Below are positions 24,509-38,313 of a stretch of DNA of 64,000 bases, piece after piece. Source of the stretch: Microbotryum violaceum (Eukaryota); NCBI GenBank assembly GCA_001244265.2, contig CDLV01000015.1, forward strand, positions 682,001 through 746,000, read 5' to 3'. The notes beneath the pieces are model-generated. The model had not been told where the DNA came from, did no database searches, and worked only from the letters and a program-made list of their open reading frames with translations. Each line of letters begins with the position of its first letter. The stretch's first letter is position 1. The translations under genes were made by a program, and so were the position numbers.

Positions 24509-27159
24509 ATGGTCGCCATCACCCTGACGCCACACAGAGGAAACAGCGCTCGCTTCTACCCTCACTCCGGGTACCTTGGTCTCGCTCCGGTCGTCCTCGA
24601 AGGCACCGTCAAAACCTTGATCGAGGAAGATCGCAAACCGATCAAAGCCTCGAGCATCGTTGTCCGCATAAGATGCTACGAGACTGAACACTCCTCAACG
24701 CGAAGAAAGGGCATCAAGAAGACGCATGTCTTGTACGAGAAGGAGTGCGAGGTGTGGACCGCCGCCGCTTCACGAGCGCCGAGTTCGAGCTCGGACCAAG
24801 TTGGCGCCTGGGCCCCACTCGGCGACTTCTCCAGCCCCTTCAGACTCGTCATCCCCTCTGAAAACTCGGGCGTCTCGACATGTACCTTCAAGAGCTATCG
24901 TGTCTGGTGGCAGATTGAAGGAGGTGAGCCCAATCCGGTGTGGCTACCTATTAGACCGTATGTTTTCGCGGCTGACTCTTTGGTTGTCGCTGCTTGCGCT
25001 GCAGTCATCAACCACAAGCCCATGGCCATGCTTGGGGATTCACGCATCATATCTCACCAAATTCCTCTAGTGCGCTACCCTTCGCCCATGTCGTCACCTT
25101 TGCCTCCCGTTACGTGGGATTCGACGACAACGCTCGGAGCGCCCGCCGGTCTCGAATTCACGATTCGATCTCCGACCGCCTCGGTACTGCAGTCCGACCA
25201 GATCGCGTTCTCCCTGTTCTTTCACACTAACGACACAAGACATCAAGTCAAAAAGGTCCAATTCTTCCTCGATCGACACATGACGGTCGACTGCACGATG
25301 CGTTCCTCCACAGGTTCAGACAGCGATGAGATGCAACCTCCCCCCGACGCCTCGGACGCCGCTCTCGCCGATGAGCCCAGCCGCCAGCCTCTGCGAGGTA
25401 TCTCGTCGGTATTTCGACGTGGCAGCTCTCAAGGTCGCCGCTCCAGCGCGGTTAGCATCTCACCTTTGCCTTCGCCCGTTTACTCGACCCAATCGATGGA
25501 CGCTTCGTCATACGTTGCCATCGCCTCGGTCGCGGACACAGTCACGCCGATGTTGAGTCCGCCTCCCAAGGGAAAGAACAGTGTCTTGACGAACCTGATT
25601 GCGATCGACGTTGACAACCCTTCGTTCGACGAAGAGCACCAAGTAGTGGCGCAAACCCCTGGTTCGGCTTCCTTGTATCGGTACTCTGTCGGCGAAACGA
25701 TGCGCACCAACATTGCTCAGATTGCGTTCACCATCTCTGCCAAGGTCAGTTTAGACGCAATGCCTCGCCGTGCACTTCTTCGCGTCTGGCTCCTCAACCA
25801 TTTTGCTTTGCGTAGATCTTCTTACGCGGTCGCACTGGTGCGATTGAAGTAATCGAGCTCGCGCCTAGAGTGGTTCGCTTCGCAGGCTGCTCGGCTTCGG
25901 CACTTGACCAAGCCCTTCAGCACATCACCGATAGCAGCATTCAGCACGCGAAGATGCCCAGTCGACCGGCGAAGGCGTCGTTCAACGCACAGCAACTTGC
26001 GACGCCGCCTCTCGAAAGCTCTGCGACACTTGGTGCCCGCCGATCGCAAAACTTCCACCTCATCGTCGATACAACCCGCCCCACTAGCACTGACAAGACT
26101 TCGAGTCGATCCAACGACGGCGATCAAATCGCCGCTCGCCAGCGATCTGGCCAATCCGAGATGCTCAACCGAGGCCCGATCAAGTCGGCTAAGGCGAACT
26201 TTTTCGGGCCGCCGACCCCCGACAGCCCCTTCTTCGAGGCCCTCTCAACCCCTACGCCCGCAAAAAAGACCCCGTTCATGGCCTCTGTGGCATCTCGTCC
26301 GCAGCCCCGTCTGCAACAATCGCCCTTGTCTAACCCTCTCGGCCAACCGCGCCACGGCCTCTTCCCCCTCGCGACGCGCCCCGCCCATATGGCATCGCTC
26401 GACCCCATTACCACGAGCACTCCGACGGCCTCGATTGTATGCCCTACCTGTCCCGCCAACCGCCACCAGTCGCGGAGATCAGCTCGCTCCCCTGCACCGT
26501 ACTCGGCCACGAACCGACCCCGATCAGCCGGCCAGCTCTCTTCGCGTTCGACGACCACGAGTCTGTCGAGTGCTTCAAGCTCACGCCTGTCTCGCGAGCA
26601 GTCAGCGCCACCCCTCGCGACGTCGAGCTGTCAGCTTCTCTCCCCCGACGCGCTTCCGTCTCTATCCCTCTACCCTCGTCAAGGTTCTCCTGATCTCCTG
26701 CGTGACGAATGGATGGACCAAGACATCTTCAGTGACGAACTTCGCGCGCCGTCCTTGTCGAGGTCGAGTTCGACGATGAGCGACATCGAGGACAAGAGGG
26801 CCGCGCCTGCTTCAATGGTCGATTTCAACTCCTTCTCTCTCATCCCGACTCAAGTGAATCATTTACATGCGTACACTCTCGACAAGGAGACGCGCAAGGT
26901 CATTGCACCCTGGACGACGGACGTCTCTCCCCTCGAGAAGCGAGCCATAGTGACCCCACCGCAGCAGCAGCCGCAGTCGGGGATGACTCGCTCCTCCTCG
27001 AACTTGGGTCGAACGACGGGCCCCGCCATCGTCGCCGGCGATCATGGCCGTCGCAAGAGCAGTTCCGGTTTTGGCATTTTCGGTCGTACGAGCGAGGATG
27101 GCGACGACAAGGAATCGAGTGGTCGTTGGGGTTTCTTGCGACGAAGCTCCAAGGTCTAA
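24509..27159 (+). CDS. Arrestin-fold-like protein with a long Ser/Pro-rich disordered C-terminus
   Basis: Beta-sandwich-like N-terminus (YLGLAPVVLEGTV, IVVRIRCYE, SPFRLVIP, YRVWWQIE). Introns at ~24923-25003 and ~25745-25814 join ORFs 24509 and 25870. Confidence 0.55.
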
Positions 27160-27853
27160 TCGGTGATCGACCCATGTTTCAGACGACGTTCGCGAATAAC
27201 GACAATCACTTTTTGTTCCCGTCACCATTATTATTGTTGATTCAGTATTTAATTTGTGTCGTCGGCCAGTTGTCAATACTTTGTATAGTCTGTGTCGGTT
27301 TTGGTCCGATTGGCCCGTGCTTAAGTTTGATTTTTGGATACGGGCAATTCTTTTTATTGATGTTTTGGAACGATGAATCTGTAGCCAAACGATCTCTCTC
27401 TCTGCGATTTATTGAGCGACTGGAGGGCGCGACCCAGGCATGCAAGCCTATGAGCTATGAGGGCAGCTTTAAGGTGATTCAGGGGTCGGTCTCGCTGCGC
27501 GCCGGCTGCTGTCGTGAGTCACTATCTCGAATTAATTGCTGCGGATAAATCTGGGTTGTCATTTTGTCACTCTCTGTATTTGTCTGATATTATCGAATTT
27601 GCTTATAATGGCGCGGTGCTAAGGTGCTGTGCATTAGCTGATACAAGCCGCGTCCGAAGGGCAATTCGATCACCACTCGGCCACCCCGCCGCGACACGGT
27701 GCCTGGCCGTGCCGGCTTGTTCACCTTCTTGCGGCGCTGCTCAGTCTGAGAGCACCTCATCTTGTCGATCACGTACACGACCCAGGTGACAAAGCACATA
27801 TATCGAAACTCAAGTCTACTCCCAACTCTACGCACCAATAGCGAGCGAGGAGG

Positions 27854-30800
27854 ATGCAGAACCACTTTGTGCCGTTCACTCAACACGCGGCAGGCGCGGC
27901 GCGACTGCAGACGCCAGCAGCACTCGATGCAGCACCGCGATCCCCGTTCGTACCGGTCAAGAAGCATCGATCCATCACACCACCTGCGACACCGTCGTCG
28001 TACCATCGTCCGTCCAAGTCGATGACGATGGGCCTAGGTAGTTCGACCACGGGCACCAGTGCGGGCATGCACTCACCCCTATCCCCGAGCTCGCAAATCA
28101 ATGCCGTGCCTTCGTTTGTCGTACAAGCCTCTTCACCGACCACAATGGCCTCTCCACCTCGCAAAGTCCTGACCCATCAACGGTCCATGTCGGCACTCGC
28201 GTCTTCCGCTCTGGTGTCGAGCGCAGCTCACCACCATTCGGCCGTCGCGAGTGGTTCGTCGTCCTCACATCCCCAATTCGCGAATCGAGCTCCAAGCCCC
28301 GAACCGATGCGTGTCCGAGCTCGAGTCACCGCCGCAGCGACGCCGAGACGCAAAGCCGTCCTTCCCGGGACAGAACACGTTGAAGCCCCGACACCTCGAG
28401 CTCCAACAAGTCACGGCTTCAACCGAGCCATGACCACGCCTTTGGCTCCGACGCCCGTCTCCCCCAATCCTTCCGTGTATGCGACTCCTCGGCCTTTGAC
28501 CGCTCGAACACTGATGAAGGACTCGGATTGGATCGGGAGGAATCATGTCGTCGCTGCTCCTATCGAGGATGTCAGTCGAGGCATGTCGGGCATGGGTTTG
28601 GGATCGGCAAGAACGGAGCCTTTGCCGAGGGAAAGGTTGTCCAAGATCCAGGACAGTGTGCTCGTCTGTGTTAGGTAAGTGAGAAAGCTCAGCGCACGAC
28701 TGTTGGGAGAATTCAATATAGATAATTGTTAATAATTGTACAATTTGTTCTTCTCGACTACAGGGTCCGACCCCCTGCAGCCAAACTCGCGCTTTCATCC
28801 GAAGTCATGGACGAGAAAGCGTGGAACGTCGATGAAGCGAGGGCGCAACTGTCGCTTAAAACCGGTGGTCCGGAATACAATTTTGACTCGATCGTCACGG
28901 GGTCGGAGAACGAAGGCGTCTATGCCGAAGCAGGCAAAGACCTCGTACTGTTAGTCATCAGTCTCTTCGTACAGAGTCCTCTCGAGGTCATTCCGGAGGA
29001 GCTGACGAGTTCGTAATGTGTCGACAGAGCCGCGATGGAAGGCTTTGACGCCGTCATCTTTGCGTACGGCCAAACAGCATCGGGGAAGACGTTCACTCTG
29101 TCGGGTAATGCCGCCAACCCGGGTATCATCCCGCAGGCCGTTTCGGAGATCTTTGCCTACATCCGTGATGTGAGTGGGTCGATCGAATCATAGCCTTCGA
29201 CGTCGAGTCTAACATGCTGGCTTTTGGATGAACCTATCACCAGCACCCCGATCAAGAGTTCTTGCTGCGCGTGTCGTACCTCGAGATTTACAACGAGACC
29301 CTCAAAGACTTGCTCGCACCCGAGACGGGGCCACTTAAAGTGCGACAGGACGAGAAGGTATGGGCTCGTACACTTTGTCCTTACATCGGCGCAGTGATGC
29401 TGATTGTGAATCGAATCCACAGAAACGGTTCTTCGTCCATCCACTGCGTGAAGAGGTCGTGACGGGTGAAGCTCAGGTCGCTGCTTTGCTACGGAGGGGA
29501 GAAAAGAATCGCCATACTGGTCAGACGGATTTCAACGAACGGTCGTCGCGGTCCCACAGCGTGTTCCAGATGGTGAGCCGGACGGGCTCAGCGCATCCAT
29601 CACGAGCCCTCATGACTGAAACGCTACATTGTCGTTCTTCCAGACAATTGAATCGCGTGACCAAGACCCCTACGCCCCCTCGGCCTCCCCCCTCCGCTCC
29701 AAAACCCCCAACGGTCCTCGCCTAGCCCCCGGCTCGAACGGCTGCGTCCGCATGAGTCGACTCAGTTTGATTGATCTGGCAGGTAGTGAACAAGCGACGA
29801 GTCAACTGGAACGCCGGAATGAGGGTGCATTCATCAATAAGAGTCTGCTGACGTTGGAGAAGGTAATTGCGTCGTTGACGGATGGATCGAAGATCAAGTA
29901 TGTCTCGTCAGGACGTGGGGTTATCCCGGGGCTTACGAAGTGCTGATGTATTCAACTTTGTTCCTTGCTACGCAGGCCACACGTTCCTTATCGGTACGTG
30001 ATCAGCCCCATCGTTTCCGTTCAGCGCAGACTGCTGACTCAATTCTCATTGCATGCCCGCAGAGACTCAAAGTTGACTCAAATCCTACAACCGTCGTTGT
30101 CGGGTGACGCCCGCGTCGCCGTGATTGCGACCATGAACCCTTCCCCCATGGCTATCGAGGAATCCAAATCGACACTTCGGGTAGGTTCTACATGCTGAGG
30201 GTAGCATTGTTCGTCCTACGGTTGCTAAGTGCTGATCAGCTCGTGGTGCTTCTGTGCAGTTTGCCCAACGAGTCAAGAAAGTGACGCTCAAGGCTGTCGT
30301 CAACGAGGTTATGGATGATAAAGCGCTTATTCACAAGTACCGCTCTCATGTAGGTCTCTGATGTACGATCCACCAACAAAAGAATCTCGTCGTACTCACA
30401 AACCCCGTTGTTCACTTCACCCAGATCGCCCACCTCGAAGCCCAACTCCAAGCCGCCATGTCCCAACCTTCGGTCCCCAGTACTCCTTCGCACGACAATG
30501 CTTCTCATTCAGAGGAAGAAGGTGGAGGTAGAAAAGTGGGTCTGGTGGTGTGGTCTTTGAGGCGCAATCGTTACTGATGTGATCCTCCCATCTGACCACA
30601 GTATCACAAGTCTTCGGCACGCGTCAAGGGTCTCGAGGTGCAGATTGAGGAATTGCGTTCGCTGTTCGTGAACAGCGGCAATGTCGAGGAACGGAGACGA
30701 AGTGTGAGTCGATTTCAACTTTTCTCGTTGCAAGATACAGTCAGAGACTGAGGATCGCGTCGGAAACCGACCCCCTCACCCAGCTTCTTCCACCTCGGCC

Positions 30801-31542
30801 GGTGTCACCTATGAAAGTCCATCATTCAATCGACGGTGGTGAGTCCTCCGATTCGGAAGAGTTATGCCTCGGTGAACGACTCCTCGAAGCCCAAGACGAA
30901 ATAGCCTCCTTGAAAGACCTCAACTCGTCCCTCAAGGCTCGTATTTCCGAACTCGAACAAACCCATTTGGACCACGTACGAACGACAGCTAACGATTCAG
31001 CGAAAGATGCACGGATCGCCGAGTTGGTGAAGGAGAACCAAGAGTTGTTGGTGGTAGTTAAGAATGGGGATGATGGGGAGGGGGATTTGAAGAGGTTGGA
31101 ATGGAAGATGAAGAGGGAGATGGACAAGAGGGCGACGTACGCCAAGGCTCTGGAGGAGGCGTTGAAGAAGGAACAGAAAGTGAGTTGAGGCGGGGAGCAG
31201 CAACACACCCTCGGAGGTTTACGCTTTGACTGATGGTCTTGAATGCGCTCCACCTGTTTCTGCAACGTCTCATCACAGAGAGTCAACCAATTCGAGCGCT
31301 TCATCCTCCAACACCTAGCAACACAAGCCGACGTCATTTCTGGCCGTCGGCGCTCCTCAATCGGCCTCGTCAACCACGCCGCCGGACGTCCGTCCGTGGC
31401 GGGTATGTTGCCCATCATGAACGAGTCGAGTCCACTGGTCGTCGCTCCGCAAGAGTTCCTTGATTTGGACGAGCTGGAGTTCTCCGAAGAGGGGAGGGAA
31501 CAGATCAAGAACAGCGTGTCGATGCTGTTCGTGCAGTCGTGA
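27854..31542 (+). CDS. Kinesin-7 family motor (Kip2/Tea2/KipA-like), multi-exon
   Basis: VLVCVRVRP, P-loop [22 protein letters not shown], switch I NERSSRSH, switch [20 protein letters not shown] (HVPYR lies on an 18-nt micro-exon at 29976-29993). Ser/Pro-rich N-terminal extension and C-terminal coiled coil. Confidence 0.88.
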
Positions 31543-31882
31543 TTGGATCTCAGTGGCCTGCTCCCTTCCGTATCTGGATATTGTGAAAAGAGGGTGCTTT
31601 TGGATTATGCTTTCCTTTCTTTAGCACTCATATATATATATTGGCTTCTTTATTCTATGTTTTGTGTAAATTTCTTTTGTGTAAACATTCTTTGCATCTT
31701 TGCGCAAGTCTCATCCATCAAATCTTCGGAGTGGCCACCGAGTCGATCGGTTGAAGTCGGCGATCGCAGCCGGTGCGCGAGGCAGCGAGTGTACGATGAC
31801 GAAACGCCGCTCGCGACTCTGCTTCTCCCACCTCTTCCAACCCACCTCCGCATCTCTGTCTCCACCCAGCCCTTTCTACACC

Positions 31883-32708
31883 ATGTCCCTCCTCCGTCCC
31901 TCCCTGCTCCGTCTCGCGGCCTCCGTCTCGAAAGCGCCTCTGAGCTCGCTCCCTACAACAGACCTGCTCGACAGCGCGGCCGAACAACTTCTTCCCCCTC
32001 TGCCACTCTATCGAAGGTTATTGAGGGTCCATCGAAAAGTGTTACCGTTCGAGTTGAAGGTGATGGGGGATGAATATGTGAAGGTAGGCTCGGACGATGT
32101 TTGGATGCAGGTTTGGGGAAGTACCAACACCACGATCCTTCGTTCGTCTCCCCGCTTCCCAGGCCGAATTTCGTCGAACCCGTACCACGGACAATCCCTT
32201 GCACATCGTCGGCTTCTTGAGCGAATGGAAAAAATACCTCGATCATCATGAGCAGATGTTGCAGCAAGGGGCAGGAGCGCAATCAGAAGGGAAAGGTGTG
32301 AACAAGTGGGGTAAGAAGTTGGATGCCGAGTTGTTTGAGAGGGTACGTTCTCTGAGCATTTCATGTTTGGGTTTCTTCTTTTTTTGGGCCGAGTTGAGAG
32401 CTGAGATATCTTGAATCAACACCCTTCCTTCCCGTGCCGATTCTCGTATACGCTCTCTCTTCACTCATCATTCGGCAACTTGGGCTTGGAAATTTGTTTC
32501 GTTCCACTTCCCCCCACGCCCCTTGCCACCTCACCAGCTCTCAGCGGACCAACTAGGCCAACTGTACGAACTGATGCAAGCGACCAAGGAGGTGTACATG
32601 ACCCCGGAGGAGATCGCCGCCGCCCAAGATCGATCGTCTTCGGCGTCTTCGCAAACGGAGCAAGGAATTCCGAGTGGGGAGGTCGTACCTGATGTGGGGA
32701 AGAAATGA
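31883..32708 (+). CDS. SDH7: Succinate dehydrogenase assembly factor 3 (Sdh7/Acn9, LYR protein)
   Basis: Mitochondrial presequence-like start, LLPPLPLYRRLLRVHR, MGDEYVKAEFRR, HIVGFLSEWKKY, LSADQLGQLYELM. Confidence 0.9.
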
Positions 32709-32977
32709 ACGGGGAGACAAGAGGGACTTGTTGGATGGAGGAAAGTAGATTGGAGAAGCAAACTGCAACTTGTTGTATACCAGGCTTGGATGTGACTCTC
32801 GAGTCGTTCAAAGCAAATTATCGAGACGCAGGAAGAGGTTTCTCCCCGCGTCTTGAGAACTTGGGTCAAGTGCAGACTCTCGGATCAGCACACCAAAAGA
32901 ATAGTATTATTACAACAACAAATGTCCACCTCTCTTCGACTTGAATGCGCTCTAATCTCCCCTTCCAAACCATTAGC

Positions 32978-33711
32978 TCAAACGACCGCGATCCCCAACT
33001 CCCTCTTTGCGCTCTCAACCATCTCATCCAATTCCCTGACCGTGGCTTCCCTCGCCAAAGCAGGCGTACAAGTATCGGCGAACAAATGCAGCAGCTTCAA
33101 CGTATGTGATAGGGATAAGAGGGATTGCGCGGAACGGATCTGTGTGGGACAAAGGGGCGTTAGGGAGAAGATCGGGCGGAATAGTAGAGGTGGGTGGTTG
33201 TGTGCACGGGAGCGTACCATTGCTTCTGTGCGGACCTTTGAGGCGAATGCTTCTTGGGACACGCGAAAGTGGTCTTTGTCTTTGATCTGTGTGGAAGGGG
33301 AAGTGGGTCAGCGGAGGAGAATTGGGACAAGACGCGAAGCACGAGGGTGGTCCGAGTCCCCCCCACACGACCGACGCCATTGTGGTCGCAGCTCACAGCT
33401 CCTCCTGCACCCGCGCGTTGAACAGCACCTAATAAACGACGTAAGCCACCGCAGACTTACGACCGCAGACTTACGACCGCACACCTAACCAATTCGACCA
33501 TCCCCTCCGCCAACACCTCCACCTCCGTATCGACCGTCTTGTTCAATTCGGCCTCCATGTTGTCCAAGCTCGCTTGCGAGTCGAGGTCATTCAACAGCGC
33601 CGAGGAGAGGGGGAGATGGGTCGTGGTGCTGGTTTGGGTCTGTTGCAGCGTTTGGGGTTGGGTCGTGCGACGACGGACGTCTGTTGAGCGCGGGTGGTGG
33701 GGGATGGACAT
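32978..33711 (-). CDS. MED22: Mediator complex subunit Med22 (Srb6/Surf5-like)
   Basis: Three exons giving ...VEVLAEGMVELVRCAV / IKDKDHFRVSQEAFASKVRTEAM / IRSAQSLLSLSHTLKLLHLFAD, which matches the Med22 'vRaAesLl.L...LK...l' pattern. Confidence 0.75.
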
Positions 33712-33829
33712 GGTGGAGAATGGGCACGGTGGAGAGAGGGTGGAGGGGGAAAGAAAGAGAAGGGTGAACCTTGTAAAAAGCCTGCAACACCTTTGACTCG
33801 TCGATCGTCAAATGTCCCGGCGTCCTGGT

Positions 33830-34030
33830 CAGAGAGAGAGAGAGTTGTGTAGAGAGTAGCGAGAGCGAGAGAAGAGAGAGAGTGGTGTGAAGTGAAGAGA
33901 GAGGGTTGGGAGGAGAGAGAGAGGGAGAGAGAGAGAGAGTAAGAGAGGAGAGAGAGAGCGAATCCATCTCGGCGCACCCGACGCCTCGACACCTCGGGAC
34001 CTCAGAGGTTTGAGAGAGAGAGTTTGGGAG
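33830..34030. repeat. Imperfect (GA)n/(TC)n microsatellite tract upstream of MED22
   Basis: Long runs of gagagaga are directly visible; the tract is pyrimidine-rich on the MED22 sense strand. Confidence 0.85.
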
Positions 34031-34037
34031 AGTACAA

Positions 34038-34636
34038 CATGTGTCCGTCTTTCCTTTTCCCCTTCCCCTTTCCATTGTTTCCCGTTCCTTTCCTTCCTTT
34101 CCTTTTTTATCTCCTTTCCAAACCCCCTTAATTTCATTTTTCCTCTCTTTTTCCGCTGTGCCAGCTGCTCCCCGAGACATGGGTGGTGGCGGGCCTCAAT
34201 GGGGTTAGGGTTGGGGTTTGCTGCCCTCGAGCCAAGAAACAAACCTCTCCACAAGGGGGCGGCCTTCACACCCTTGCCGCGTCGGCCGGCGCGCCTCGCG
34301 GCTGCGCGCGGTACTGCCCGCCTGTTTGTCAAGCTTAGAGTTAGTAGTAGAGAGTGGCACTGGTGTAGGTGTACTACTGGCACCACAGAAAACCCACATC
34401 GATTTGCAAGGGTTACAATAAGAGCCTACTATGACCATGTACATCATGTTTCCGTCTGTCCTTTCCCCTTCTCTCCTTTCCTTGCCTTTTTTTTGTTTTC
34501 CCCCTCGCTTCGCCTGCAACTACTCCCTGAACATGTGGCGGCCCTCAGTTGGGGTTAGGTCGCGGGTTAGCTACCCCGAGCCAAGAAACAAACCCCTCCG
34601 CAAGGGGGCGGCCTTCCCCCCCTTTGCGCGTCGGCC
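34038..34636. repeat. Two diverged direct copies of a ~200-250 bp non-coding unit
   Basis: Exact shared blocks cgagccaagaaacaaacc (34228-34245 / 34577-34594) and caagggggcggccttc (34252 / 34601). Both copies are preceded by catgt.tccgtct plus a pyrimidine tract and ggggttagg, and both end in gcgtcggcc. Confidence 0.85.
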
Positions 34637-34987
34637 ATGTCGTCCGTGCCCCGGCCCACGGCCTCCGTCTCCCGATCGTCTCGTTAATAACGGGTTCGAC
34701 CGCTCGAGGCTCGACTGCTTTCTCCTTGCAACCCTCTTTCGTGACCCCACTTGTTTGTTCCGTGCTCCGTATGTTTTAACCCTTTCCCCATCCACGCTTT
34801 CGATTATGTACACCGTTTGCCTTTTCACCAGCTCGCTGGCGGCGCCCACGCTTGTCGACTCGGACCGGGTGGCATCTCCCCCGCATGGTCACGTGACCCT
34901 GCCCGCTGCAGCGTAATCATTTCTCACCAGGTTGCATGGGTCATTACAAAGGTTACACATCACCCCCTAAAACTTCTTCAACACGCT

Positions 34988-37851
34988 TCAACCCCTCTCG
35001 ACCCCTAAAACACTCCTCACCTCGTCCCTCCCCATCCTGAACAAAGCCCTCACAGTCCCCTCCTCGTACCCATTCCTCTGCGCATCCCTCACCACCTCAT
35101 CCAAAACGAGTTCGTAAGCCCCACTAATCCTCTCTAGAGCCGAACGATGAATGCTCGCTGCGATTCGAGGGGGGAGGAGCGAGAGACGGGGGGAGGAGAG
35201 GGTATCGGTTGTGGAGAGGAAGTGGGAGAAGGATTGCAGGCAGGCTTGGAGATGGGTCGGAGAGGCGAAGGGGAGGGAAGAGAGGGGTACGGAGGGGTCT
35301 TTGGTGCGGATCGTGGTGAGGAGATTTTCGAGGCCGCTGTCTTTGAGGAGAGAGGTGAACTGTGGTATCAAAGTATAATGGGGGCGGGGGCTTGGAATCA
35401 GCCTTCGCCGCGCTTCCCAAAGTCCCTCATCAGGCAAGAAACTTACATGTTCCCCCGTTAAACTCTCGACGTGGTCCCCCTCCTCCTCCTTCAACTGTCT
35501 CGTCCGATCCGCAGTGAACGCAAAACCGTCCAACGCACTCAAAACGGTCTCGATACAATTGATGGCAAAGATCGATCGATCCCACGCCAACGGTCTCGAT
35601 TGCACCATCTTTTCGCACATCTCCAAAGCAGGGTCCAAGGCTTGGTCCAGAACGGGGGAAAAGTCGTTGGCTTTGATCATGGATGTTGGTGGGGTTGTTG
35701 GTGTTGTTGTAGAGTCTTCTGCCTCATTCGGTTTAGGTGCATCGGTTTTCGATGACGCGTTGGGCGCATCCTCGAGGTAAGATGAGGAGAAGATGGCCAT
35801 GAGTTCTCGAAGGGTCGTCAAAGCGTCTCGGAGCTGGGGAGGGGCATTCAGTCCCGCCGAAGGAGGTTGGATGAAGCGCAAAAGTGATCGACCATGGTTG
35901 CGTAACGTGTCGAAGAAGGCCTCGTAGGCACTTTCGGTGATCCTGTCCGGAGCGAATCGAAAGCGGATGAGCTTTTCGTGCGGCAATCAATCAAGCGCGA
36001 GGGTTCGAACTCACTCGGCCAATACTTTGCACATATGCGCGTCCTTGCCAATCGTCTGCTCCATCGTGACTTTATAAAATTCAATCAACGTCGCGATCCT
36101 ATACGCCATAATAGCACCTTCTTGACTCTTGATCGTTTGCTGCACGCGCATCTGCGAAGGATCGAATACTGCGCTCAGACTCGAAGTCGCGCGTAAGCGT
36201 GAAAGAGTACGGCAAGTCAAACCCCCTCACCTTCAAAGGTCTCGCACACCCTTCCATATCCCGATCCAACAACTTTCTCAAGCGCATCTCATCGTCCTCT
36301 TCATCCAGAACCGTCTTGACACTCCCCTCCGCCTCCGAACCCGCCCCTCCCTCCGCTTTCCTCCCCCTCTTCCCTTTCTGCGCCCTCACACTGCCGACCC
36401 ATCTCCCATCCTCCGCGATACCGAACAGGCTCTCCAAAAACTCTCGCTCCCCAGCCGTGGATTGATGGATCCAAGCCAGCATATCTCCGACGTAACGAAT
36501 CGGATCGTGGGCGTGCAATTCGATGGGTCGTGGAAGGCCAGAAGGCCCTCCTCTTGTTAGGGCGTCGAGGAATAGGTTCATTATGGCAGTTGAGCGGGTT
36601 GCACCTAGAAGGTCGAGGACTTCACTGTGGAGTTGGAGAGCGGGATTGAGAGTGAAATTAGATTTTGCGCTCCCGAACGGGGAAGACTGAGATCTGCATC
36701 AAAGGACGAACGACAACAATTCCGGCCTAGACCTAAGCCTCTCGATCGCGGAGCGCATCGTTGACGAAACTTCCAACACGTCTTTTCCGAACCCACGCGC
36801 TTCAAAGGTGCACCATTTGTAAATTTTAGAATAGGCTGCTTCGAGATGCTGGGACGTGTATTCCATGATGTCGAGACTGTGGTGGGGTGGGGTCGAAGGG
36901 AGGTTAGCTTGAGAGTGAGTGCTTCTTGACGCCTGTTTAAAAAAGCAACTCACCCCGCCTGCGTCCCCTGCCCTGCCTCGCCGCTCAACAAGGCCCTGCA
37001 ATCACTTCGTATCCTCTCGGTCTTGTTCATCGCGGCGAATAGGTCCGGTCCGACGGGGATCTCGCGAGAGGTGAGGATGCGCAACTCATCGTCGGTGAGG
37101 GAGAAGCGCGTGAGAAATAAGTGTACGAGCGATTGTTGGACTGTTGTTGCGGCTCTATGGTATTCATAGGGTCAAATAAGGATGGTTTCAGTCATCGTGT
37201 TTTGTTGCGGGTGTGCTGAGAATACTCTTGGAGGGAGACTTGTGGGACACTGACCTCTGCTGGCGCAAGCCTTCGACATGTTCGAGCAAATACCGCGTCC
37301 CCGAGTTTGTAGAGGCGAGCTGCTGTTCGACCTGATCGCAGCATGTGTGCATCGCGTCGAGGTGGGATTGCAGCAGACCGAGTTTCTGAGGGAGGCGATG
37401 AGAGGTGGGAGGTGAGGTGAGGTAACGTGGAGGTGCGAGGGTTCGACAGAGATAGGCTTACGGCATCCACGTCGGAAAAGGCTTGTAGGAATTCTGTCGA
37501 GGCTTGAGCCATCTGAGTTTCGACCTGTGTCCTCAACGCGCCTCGTTTGATCATAGGTGCCCCTGCAGCAGTAGTTGTTGCGGCTGTCGTTCTGCCATTG
37601 AGGCCCCCATTCGTCGTCGTCGGTGGTTCTTGACTCGCACGTGAGCTCGACCCAACTTGAGTCTGCTGTTCCAGCTCCAACTCGCCCAACGTATCCAAAG
37701 CAGCTCGAGTGCCCGCATCTTCCAGGTTGGCGGAGAGGAGTCGATTCACTTTGAGGTGAAGAGGGTTCCGACTTGACGAGGCTGAGGAGGGGGAGGCACT
37801 GAGGCCTGGGGAGGCGTGCGAGGAGGGCGAGGGACGGGATATGGTTTGCAT
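34988..37851 (-). CDS. COG6: Conserved oligomeric Golgi complex subunit 6, multi-exon
   Basis: [64 protein letters not shown]. Confidence 0.93.
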
Positions 37852-38313
37852 GATGGTAGGTGGATGGGGTGGGATGGGATGGGCGGACAGACCCCGTGTG
37901 AGGGTCGGTGTGGAGGACAGGGGAAGGAGAGAGCAGCAACACCCAAGCCAGCGCGACTCGCTTGGCGCGCCTCGGCGTGTCACGAGGTCCGAGCTCAAAT
38001 CGGGCTGCGAGCTGCTGCGCACCAACTCGGTCGCACACGGCCGTGCTTTCGATCGGGTCAAGTTCAACCTCCTGACTATCCCGAGTTGCGCTCCCCCACC
38101 CCACAACACGTCATCGGGTTCCAGGCACTTTTGACTTGAAGTGGTCGAATTGCTTTATTACTAGTCCACCCGACCCCCTTCCTTGCGACTAGCTTGTCTA
38201 GAATCGCGCAATTGGTCGCAAGTTCGTCCTTCGCAGCAAGGCGCGCTCCCTCCTCAGCTCCTCAGCTCGATCGATCGGACCACCACCAGCCCCACCGATC
38301 CTCAGCCTCAGCC

